Shown one piece after another: positions 57,178 through 64,000 of a stretch of 64,000 nt of DNA. The DNA is taken from NCBI GenBank assembly GCA_903877385.1, contig CAIRDP010000061.1:44566-108565 (forward strand), written 5' to 3'. Below the pieces are notes generated by a model. The model searched no databases. It was given only the letters and a program-made list of their open reading frames with translations, and was not told the DNA's origin. How positions within the stretch are numbered: position 1 is the stretch's first letter; every line of letters begins with the position of its first letter. Both the position numbers and the translations under genes were made by a program. This stretch comes from an uncultured Bacteroidales bacterium. GTDB lineage: Bacteria; Bacteroidota; Bacteroidia; Bacteroidales; FEN-979.

Positions 57178-57618
57178 TTTTCAGAAAATTACATCTTTTG
57201 CAAAGTTACATAAATGTGAGCTTGACTAATGAACTTTGCTGATCCAACAAGATGCAAGGCGGGGCCTATGCTCCCCAGTTCAGTTCGTTGACTGCGGATT
57301 TGCTCAGTTGATCCGTTTTGTGCACTATCCCTGAATACGATGTGTTTCCTGGTTATCTCTCTCAGTTTCCTTTAACGAATGGAGGTTCTTTAATAATTCT
57401 GATATTATTTAATCCTGGGAAAGTGAAAGGCTTTTTAAAAATACTTTGGTAACCTATAAGGATTTCATAAATTTGATGTTATTATAGTTTGATAAAGAAA
57501 GAACAAACGGAAGAAGGAAGTATAGAATTTAAAAAAATCGCGTTTAGCTGAATTCCTTGTTGAAACCGATCAAAATTCATTATTTCCACAGTACAATAAA
57601 ATCGGACAAAGAGTTTGT

Positions 57619-58020
57619 ATGAAGAACCCGACAATAATAAGTCTCCCAAAATTTGAAAATCCACGGGGAAACCTCACTTTCATAGAGGAGGATACACATT
57701 TGCCATTTAAGATAAAGCGAGTATACTGGATTTACGATGTTCCCGGCGGTCAAAGCCGCGGCGGACATGCTTTTAAAGAACAGCAGGAACTTATTGTGGC
57801 TCTTTCCGGCAGTTTTGATATAGTAGTGGACAATGGAATTCAAAAACAAGTCTTTTCACTCAACCGTTCTTATTTTGGGCTTTATATTCCTAACGGATTA
57901 TGGCGCGAAATGAACAACTTCTCAACTAATGCCCTGGCTTTGGTAATAAGCTCAACTGAATTTTCAAAAGATGATTATATCAGGGAATACTCAAACTACA
58001 TTGAATACATACAACGATGA
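57619..58020 (+). CDS. FdtA/QdtA/WxcM-C-like cupin (dTDP-4-keto-6-deoxyhexose 3,4-ketoisomerase family), variant HAF motif
   Basis: 133 aa. PKFENPRGNLTFIEE..LPFKIKRVYWIYDVPGGQSRGGHAFKEQQELIVALSGSF. Confidence 0.75.
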   Translation: MKNPTIISLPKFENPRGNLTFIEEDTHLPFKIKRVYWIYDVPGGQSRGGHAFKEQQELIVALSGSFDIVVDNGIQKQVFSLNRSYFGLYIPNGLWREMNNFSTNALALVISSTEFSKDDYIREYSNYIEYIQR

Positions 58021-58433
58021 AAGGCAATTCAGTTTTTGACTGTTCCGTAATAGAATTACCCCGGATCATATACCGTGCCGGCAATATTACACCGGTAAGC
58101 AATAACGAAAGTATTCCCTTTGAAGTTAAACGGGTATTTTATATTTATGATATTCCAGGGGGAGAAGACCGGGGAGCTCATGCCCATAAACAGTGTTATC
58201 AGTTTTTAGTTGCAGCCAGCGGGGGTTTTGAAATAGAAATCGATGATGGGATAATAAAACGTACAGTTACTTTAAACCGGCCATATTTTGGGCTTCTTAT
58301 TCCTCCGGGAATTTGGGCAGCCCAGAAAAACTTTTCTTCCGGTTCCGTCTGTCTTGTTTTAACATCCCAGAAATACGATGAAGATGATTACATAAGAAAT
58401 TACGATGATTACTTATTATACCGAAAAAAATGA
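58017..58433 (+). CDS. FdtA/QdtA-like 3,4-ketoisomerase, canonical HAH motif
   Basis: 138 aa. IPFEVKRVFYIYDIPGGEDRGAHAHKQCYQFLVAASGGF. ATGA overlap with the upstream paralogue. Confidence 0.8.
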   Translation: MKGNSVFDCSVIELPRIIYRAGNITPVSNNESIPFEVKRVFYIYDIPGGEDRGAHAHKQCYQFLVAASGGFEIEIDDGIIKRTVTLNRPYFGLLIPPGIWAAQKNFSSGSVCLVLTSQKYDEDDYIRNYDDYLLYRKK

Positions 58434-58984
58434 TTCATCCGACCTCTGAAGTACAAACAACAAATATTGGGGAAAATACCACTGTCTGGCAATTTTGTGT
58501 AATCCTGAAGAATGCCAGAATCGGCAGCAACTGCAATATTAATTTTAGTGTGTTTATAGAAAATGATGTTGTCATAGGCAATAATGTTACCGTGAAATCC
58601 GGAGTACAGCTCTGGGACGGCATCCGGGTCGAGAATGATGTATTTATTGGCCCCAATGCCACATTTGTAAATAATCCATATGTCCGTTCGAAGCATTATC
58701 CCGGGAAACACATAGGCGCAACAATTAGAAAAGGGGCTTCCATTGGTGCCAATTCTACCATTATGGGGGATATCACAATAGGTGAATATGCATTTATCGG
58801 GGCAGGGAGCGTAGTAACTAAAAATGTACCGCCTTACCAGGTTTGGTATGGAAATCCAGCCGCCCATAAAGGATATGTAACACCGGGAGGTGAAGTACTT
58901 GGGCTTGATTTATTGTCTAAGGTTACGAACAAAAAATATGATTACATAGATCAACAATTAATTGAGAATGATCAAATTTCTTGA
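58430..58984 (+). CDS. Left-handed beta-helix (hexapeptide) N-acetyltransferase, FdtC/QdtC/WxcM-N-like
   Basis: 184 aa with repeated [LIV]-G-x4 hexapeptides (IGENTTV, IGSNCNI, IGNNVTV, IGPNATF, IGANSTI, IGAGSVV). ATGA overlap with the upstream gene. Confidence 0.8.
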   Translation: MIHPTSEVQTTNIGENTTVWQFCVILKNARIGSNCNINFSVFIENDVVIGNNVTVKSGVQLWDGIRVENDVFIGPNATFVNNPYVRSKHYPGKHIGATIRKGASIGANSTIMGDITIGEYAFIGAGSVVTKNVPPYQVWYGNPAAHKGYVTPGGEVLGLDLLSKVTNKKYDYIDQQLIENDQIS

Positions 58985-60089
58985 CATAAAAGCGATTAAT
59001 GACAGTTTCGAACCTGATTTGTCAAGTTCCATCCGGCGTGTTCTAGGTTCCGGATGGTATTTGCTCGGGAACGAAGTGAACACGTTTGAACAGGAGTATG
59101 CAGGTTTTATCGGTACGAAACATTGCATTGGTGTGGCTAATGGATTGGATGCTTTGCGGTTGATCTTTAAGGCATATATCGAAATGGGGGAAATGCATGA
59201 AGGTGATGAAATTATCGTACCTGCCAATACTTATATTGCTTCCATTCTCGCCATATCGGATAACCGTTTGCAGCCCGTTTTGGTTGAACCTGATATTACG
59301 ACATACAACATTGATCCCTTTCAGATTGAAGAAAAGATAACCGAACGTACCCGTGGAATAATGATTGTTCATTTGTACGGTCAAAATGCGATGCATCCCG
59401 AAATCCAGCGTTTAATTTCTAAATACAATCTGAAATTAATTGAAGATAATGCTCAGGCCTCCGGTGCATCATTCGGAGATAAACGCACAGGGGCTTTAGG
59501 CCATGCCTCGGGAAACAGTTTTTATCCCAGCAAAAACCTGGGCGCATTGGGTGATGCAGGAGCCGTTACTACTGACGATGACGAGTTGGCTGCCGTAATA
59601 CGGGCTATGGCTAATTATGGTTCATCAAAGAAGTATATTAATGATTATAAAGGACTTAACTCACGCCTTGACGAAATTCAGGCAGCTGTACTAAGCTCCA
59701 AACTGCCTCGCCTCGATAAAGACAACCAAGGTCGCAGGGAAATTGCAAAATACTATATCGATAACATTACTCATCCCGGTATTATTTTACCTTCGCTAAA
59801 AACTGATAGCTTAGCTTTCAAAACAAAAGAACATGTGTGGCACCTGTTTGTCATCCGTCATGCAAACAGGAATGAACTGCAAAAATATTTAAGTGAAAAC
59901 GGGATACAAACAATGATACATTATCCCATCCCACCTCACAAACAAAAAGCTTACAAGGAGTGGAATAATCATCATTATCCTGTTTGTGAACAGATCCACA
60001 ACGAGGTGTTAAGCCTCCCCATTAGTCCGGTCCTGGGAGATGAAGAGGTAATGAGTATAACAAGAACATTAAATAATTTTGAACATTGA
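58962..60089 (+). CDS. DegT/DnrJ/EryC1-family PLP-dependent sugar aminotransferase (FdtB/QdtB-like)
   Basis: [27 protein letters not shown], and the [17 protein letters not shown] block containing the PLP lysine. An alternative start lies at 58968. Confidence 0.9.
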   Translation: MRMIKFLDIKAINDSFEPDLSSSIRRVLGSGWYLLGNEVNTFEQEYAGFIGTKHCIGVANGLDALRLIFKAYIEMGEMHEGDEIIVPANTYIASILAISDNRLQPVLVEPDITTYNIDPFQIEEKITERTRGIMIVHLYGQNAMHPEIQRLISKYNLKLIEDNAQASGASFGDKRTGALGHASGNSFYPSKNLGALGDAGAVTTDDDELAAVIRAMANYGSSKKYINDYKGLNSRLDEIQAAVLSSKLPRLDKDNQGRREIAKYYIDNITHPGIILPSLKTDSLAFKTKEHVWHLFVIRHANRNELQKYLSENGIQTMIHYPIPPHKQKAYKEWNNHHYPVCEQIHNEVLSLPISPVLGDEEVMSITRTLNNFEH

Positions 60090-60148
60090 TTTAGTTTTCA
60101 CCCTTAAACCTGATATCGGCACAAAAATTCTTTAATTAATATGTAATC

Positions 60149-61600
60149 ATGAATATTATAAGAAAACATCCTTACGAATTTCTGTTTTTCCTGTCTTTAA
60201 TCTTATTCGTTCTGATTAAATTAAATGATCTGTTATTACCTTTCTACTGGGACGAACTGGGTGCTTATGCCCCTGGGGCTTTCAGCATGGTAGATACACA
60301 TCATATCGGACTTCTGCCTTCCTGCCTTTCACCAAATTTATCGTGGGGACATCCCTTGCTTTTCACCTTCTGCAATGCAGTTGTGTTTAATATCTTCGGC
60401 GAAAACCATATCGTCGGACATTCTTTTGCCATGATGATCACGCTTATCACTTTAATCGTCTTTTTCCTCTTCGCCCAGCAGATGTTTGACGAAAAGACCG
60501 CTTTCTTTTCATCCATTCTCCTGATGGCCCATCCAAACTTTTATACATGCTCAGTAATGACCCTGCCCGAGATGATGCTTACTCTTTTCACTATCATATC
60601 GGTATGGGGAATAGTGAGTAAACGATGGTGGTTATTTGCGATCGCAGCTTCCCTGGCTGCTCTGACCAAGGAATCGGCCATCGTGATACCAATGCTTGCA
60701 ATACTGGTTATTTTTTTTGATGCCATAAAGCAGCGCGATTATTTATCCGCTTCAAGGTTAAAAATGTTTCTGCTTGGAATTGTTCCCCTTCTGGTTTTCG
60801 GATTGTTCATGGTCATCCAGAAGATTCAGAATGGATGGTTCCTTTACCCTGTCCAACTCAGGCACTTGACCTTTAGCTGGGAAATCATCTACCCCGTGGG
60901 GAAACGAATCTTAAGAGAGATGTTCTTCGAATTTGGTAAATGGCTCACCGGCGGTATTTTTCTTGCAGGATTACTTCTCTGCTTTTTCAGGAAACCTTTA
61001 CGCATTCAGTTGAATGATAGAATCCTGTGGATCTTTGCAGGCCTCTGTTTGCTCATTTTCCTGTTTTCGACTGTCAATATATATATGACCAGGTATATTC
61101 TGTATTCAAGCCCTTTTATTATCCTCGGGGGTGTGCACACCTTTTTCACTGTAATGGACCGGATTGTCCCAAGATTCAAATTTGTGGGCGTGGTTCTGCT
61201 TGCAGGTCTTTCGGCATACACTACCTGGGACGGACATAAAAAAATGGATGAGTTCCCATACGGAGACATGTCGTACAAGTTTTCCCTCAATGTCGTGCGG
61301 GATGCCGTTGCCTGGACCGAACTGCAGCCCTGGAAGAACGACACTATTGAAGTGAATTTTCCACTTACAGGGGCCTTATGGGACAAGCGTAACGGATATC
61401 TGAGGGGTGAGATACTCCCTGTTTCGGTTAATTTCTGGAAGAAAACGAGATACGGGTTGTTTTACTATTCTTATGGACCGGAGAACATCCCGAATGTCAA
61501 GAATTACAAATTTACTATTCTTAAACACTGGTGGGATCATTATGCAAATGTGGCTTGTGTTGAATACCAACATGATTCAACGGAATCGGCGAATCACTAG
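60149..61600 (+). CDS. Polytopic membrane protein, GT-C (ArnT/PMT_2-like) glycosyltransferase candidate
   Basis: 483 aa with about 11 TM helices. First periplasmic loop has an acidic pair (FYWDELGAY), as in GT-C enzymes. Short C-terminal soluble domain. Adjacent to an ArnC-like GT2 gene. Confidence 0.55.
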   Translation: MNIIRKHPYEFLFFLSLILFVLIKLNDLLLPFYWDELGAYAPGAFSMVDTHHIGLLPSCLSPNLSWGHPLLFTFCNAVVFNIFGENHIVGHSFAMMITLITLIVFFLFAQQMFDEKTAFFSSILLMAHPNFYTCSVMTLPEMMLTLFTIISVWGIVSKRWWLFAIAASLAALTKESAIVIPMLAILVIFFDAIKQRDYLSASRLKMFLLGIVPLLVFGLFMVIQKIQNGWFLYPVQLRHLTFSWEIIYPVGKRILREMFFEFGKWLTGGIFLAGLLLCFFRKPLRIQLNDRILWIFAGLCLLIFLFSTVNIYMTRYILYSSPFIILGGVHTFFTVMDRIVPRFKFVGVVLLAGLSAYTTWDGHKKMDEFPYGDMSYKFSLNVVRDAVAWTELQPWKNDTIEVNFPLTGALWDKRNGYLRGEILPVSVNFWKKTRYGLFYYSYGPENIPNVKNYKFTILKHWWDHYANVACVEYQHDSTESANH

Positions 61601-61657
61601 ATTCAGGCAGGTGTACCGGGATTCCGTATTTTATTATTTAATCTTTAAACCATAATA

Positions 61658-62596
61658 ATGATGTTAAGTGTTATTTTGCTTTCCTATTTTAGCGGCCATA
61701 GAATTCCCAGGGTTTATCAGTCTCTTTCAAGGCTTTTAAGCCAGGAAGGGATATCGTTTGAATTCATTATTATTGATGATGGATCAAATGATGATTCTTA
61801 TTTGATTGCTTCTGAGTTGGAGAGTAATAACACAAATGTTTTCGCCTATCAACTTAGCAAGAACTATACCTCACATTACGCCATCTTCGCAGGCCTGAGT
61901 GTATGCAGCGGGGATTGTGCAATTACCATTCCCGATGATGAGCAGCAACCCTACGATACCATAGTTGGTATGTATAGGTTATGGGAAAAAGGGGAGAAAG
62001 TTATTATTCCTTACAGGGCAAAAAGGAACGATGGTCTGATCAATAATTTTTTATCTAACTTATATTACACGATAATAAATAAATTCTCCGCAATAAGGTT
62101 CCCGAAAGGCGGTGCAGATACTTGTCTTATCGACAGGGAATTGATCGACCTTCTCAATACCAGGATTCATCCCATAAATACTTCCAGCATCATTGAAGTG
62201 CTTAGGTTGGGTTTTTCACCATATTATTTTCCATATACCAGGTTAAAAGGTGACAATTTGAAATCAAGATGGACATTGAGCAAGAAGATAAGATTGTTCA
62301 AGGATACCTTTTTTTCAAGCTCAACATGGCCCATTAAGTTAATTACATACATGGGCATTTTATTTTCCATGTTTGCCATGATGGTAATTCTTTTCTACGT
62401 ATATATCAAACTGTTTGGTAATCCGGAATTCTGGGGTAAATTGATTCCGGGTTGGACTTCAATGGTTGTCATTTTTTCTTTTTTCTCGGGCCTGATTCTT
62501 TTTTCACTGGGTATAATTGCCGAATATACATGGCGCATTTATGAGGAAGTGAAAAACAGACCAGGTTATATTATCAGGAAAAAAAAGAAGTCCTGA
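61658..62596 (+). CDS. Glycosyltransferase family 2 with two C-terminal TM helices (ArnC/GtrB-like polyprenyl-phosphate glycosyltransferase)
   Basis: LSVILLSYF, FIIIDDGSNDDS, and the TIPDDEQQP acidic motif. C-terminal TM pair, then RPGYIIRKKKK. Confidence 0.75.
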   Translation: MMLSVILLSYFSGHRIPRVYQSLSRLLSQEGISFEFIIIDDGSNDDSYLIASELESNNTNVFAYQLSKNYTSHYAIFAGLSVCSGDCAITIPDDEQQPYDTIVGMYRLWEKGEKVIIPYRAKRNDGLINNFLSNLYYTIINKFSAIRFPKGGADTCLIDRELIDLLNTRIHPINTSSIIEVLRLGFSPYYFPYTRLKGDNLKSRWTLSKKIRLFKDTFFSSSTWPIKLITYMGILFSMFAMMVILFYVYIKLFGNPEFWGKLIPGWTSMVVIFSFFSGLILFSLGIIAEYTWRIYEEVKNRPGYIIRKKKKS

Positions 62597-62723
62597 ATCA
62601 GCTCTATGCTGAAGGAAATAGAGCTGATTGATCATTTAGGGCGCATTTCCCATTTCAGGTAAAACCTTTAACAAAACGCATTTTGAAAATTATAAATCAG
62701 TAAATACCATTAAAACCGACATT

Positions 62724-63245
62724 ATGAAAACAAGACTCAGGAAAATCTATCTGCTCGCAGCCATTTCGGCCATGATTTTAGCAGGATGCAATAAAGAAGG
62801 GCCCCAGGGACCGGCCGGGAATAACGGGCTTAACGCCACGGTCTATTATTCCGAATGGTTTACTCCCGCTGCCTGGTCGGGTAATTCGGGCGACTGGTAT
62901 TTCGCGGCCAATGCTCCCGACCTGACCCAGGATATTGTCGAGGGAGGAGTTGTGCTGGCCTATGCCTGGCTGGCCGGTGATTTATATGGAAGTACTTCAG
63001 AACGTCCCTTGCCTGCCTATGCGGTAGGCGCTAACTGGAGCTTCCTCATCCACCAGTATGGAAGTATTGAATTCACCACCGATATGTTAGCGCAGCCGGC
63101 CACCATCGGCAATAAGTTCAGGTTTATAGCCATCCCCGGAACCATCCCGGCATCAAAATCAGGAACAATCGGAAACAGGAGTGTTCAGGAACTGAGGAAC
63201 ATGCCGTACAAGGAGGTCTGCAAATTGTACCACATTCCCGAATAG
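62724..63245 (+). CDS. Hypothetical lipoprotein
   Basis: Signal peptide plus lipobox LAGC. A short collagen-like GPQGPAGNNG follows the Cys. Confidence 0.5.
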   Translation: MKTRLRKIYLLAAISAMILAGCNKEGPQGPAGNNGLNATVYYSEWFTPAAWSGNSGDWYFAANAPDLTQDIVEGGVVLAYAWLAGDLYGSTSERPLPAYAVGANWSFLIHQYGSIEFTTDMLAQPATIGNKFRFIAIPGTIPASKSGTIGNRSVQELRNMPYKEVCKLYHIPE

Positions 63246-63269
63246 GGCTGATGGTTTGAAGTAAATGAA

Positions 63270-63302
63270 TTTCAATTGAGCATTTAGGTCGCTCAATTGA
63301 AA
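63270..63302 (+). terminator. Strong hairpin downstream of the lipoprotein gene (terminator candidate, no T-tract)
   Basis: TTTCAATTGAGC-atttaggtc-GCTCAATTGAAA (12-bp perfect stem), 25 nt after the stop. Confidence 0.5.
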
Positions 63303-63559
63303 CGTATTGTTGGCTCAGGCTTAAACAGAGTGCTATAATATAGCATGCAACGGCCCCAGCTTCGGTAGCAAGCCGCATGGATTCAGCGGGCGAAAGCAAA
63401 TTATTTTTTTCTTTTTACAAGGGCATATGGTGTAAAGTCATCTGCGAATTTGTATTCTGATATGGAATCTCAACGTTCTTTGCACTAATTAATTAGAATC
63501 ATACCATGACAGAACGTAAAACAGAATGCCATCTGCCGGCAAAATATAAATTATAAAAG

Positions 63560-64000
63560 ATGAAAATATCAGCTATCATAGGATGCATTTTATTTGCATT
63601 GGTTTCTTTGGAGGCCCAAACACAACAGTATATCCATATCAACGGCAAATATATTCTGGGCCCCTGCGGGGATACTTTGCTGTTAAGAGGATTAAATTAT
63701 GCACCCTATAACTGGGGCTATGATATTAATTCCCTTGAAACCGCTGAGGTGGCGAAGACAAGGGCAAATGCAGTGAGGATGGATTGGTATGCAAATAACC
63801 CGGATCCGAATACCGATGCGGTGTATAAAAATTATGTTGCCCTCGACAGCGCAATCAGCAAATGCATTCACAATAAAATGATTGCGGTGGTTGAAATTCA
63901 CGATTATACCTGTTCAAACGATACTGCTGCCTTGCTTGGCCTGAATACCTGGTGGAGCCAGAACAATGTCTTTACTAATATACTTCAGAAGTATAAAGAG
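63560..64000 (+). CDS. Glycoside hydrolase family 5-like (beta-mannanase/cellulase type), 5' part; continues beyond the window
   Basis: Hand translation is open to the window end: MKISAIIGCILFALVSLEAQ (signal) ...LLLRGLNYAPYNWGYD...ANAVRM...KMIAVVEIHDYTCSND. The hhVVEhHD.TG-type strand is typical of GH5. Missing from the ORF track because it has no stop. Confidence 0.65.
   Translation, partial: MKISAIIGCILFALVSLEAQTQQYIHINGKYILGPCGDTLLLRGLNYAPYNWGYDINSLETAEVAKTRANAVRMDWYANNPDPNTDAVYKNYVALDSAISKCIHNKMIAVVEIHDYTCSNDTAALLGLNTWWSQNNVFTNILQKYKE

Noticed and set aside
57178-57618. 440-nt non-coding AT-rich gap as a possible ncRNA or pseudogene
   Set aside because: I found no conserved structure, long hairpin or decayed ORF. 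It is more simply the promoter and boundary region of the low-GC sugar cluster. The track ORFs 57482..57664 and 57580..57849 overlap the fdtA-like start and look spurious.

Overview
The window looks like a chromosomal segment of a gliding, T9SS-bearing Bacteroidota genome. Evidence: GldH, type A and type B T9SS C-terminal sorting domains, a Bacteroidetes-type sdhCAB operon, TAnnTTTG -7 promoter boxes, and almost no Shine-Dalgarno sequences. It is densely coding, with about 50 CDS and one tRNA. Layout: (i) 1-19.3 kb is an envelope-glycan and secretion block: MBOAT plus an SGNH-like partner, two large T9SS cargo proteins, a GT2 + GT-C pair, a GH16 lipoprotein, an LtaS/OpgB-like transferase and another GT2. 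(ii) 19.5-43 kb is housekeeping: saccharopine dehydrogenase-family gene, ponA-gldH-PSP1-holB operon, TonB-dependent receptor, LruC-domain gene, sdhCAB, pepP, yhhQ, nadD-gmk-yicC, a PLD-family gene, an EamA transporter, hsp20, glnA. (iii) 43.0-51.4 kb is a tightly packed TerC / hybrid HK / CheR / CheB / hybrid HK module with no MCP, CheA, CheW or output domain. (iv) meaB and tRNA-Lys(CTT) are followed by a low-GC two-gene AbiE-like cassette (wHTH protein + nucleotidyltransferase) that has twin 19-bp palindromic operators. (v) OmpA-family and dienelactone hydrolase genes. (vi) 57.6-62.6 kb is a low-GC cluster joining dTDP-3-acetamido-3,6-dideoxyhexose biosynthesis genes to an ArnC/ArnT-like GT2 + GT-C pair. 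(vii) A lipoprotein gene and a truncated GH5 gene close the window. The main non-genic signal is a family of short-period tandem and inverted-repeat elements (periods 4, 7, 8 and 16 nt). They sit at gene ends, supply stop codons in all three frames, and in one case form an in-frame 105-nt insertion inside holB. All functional calls rest on motif recognition by eye; no database search was run.
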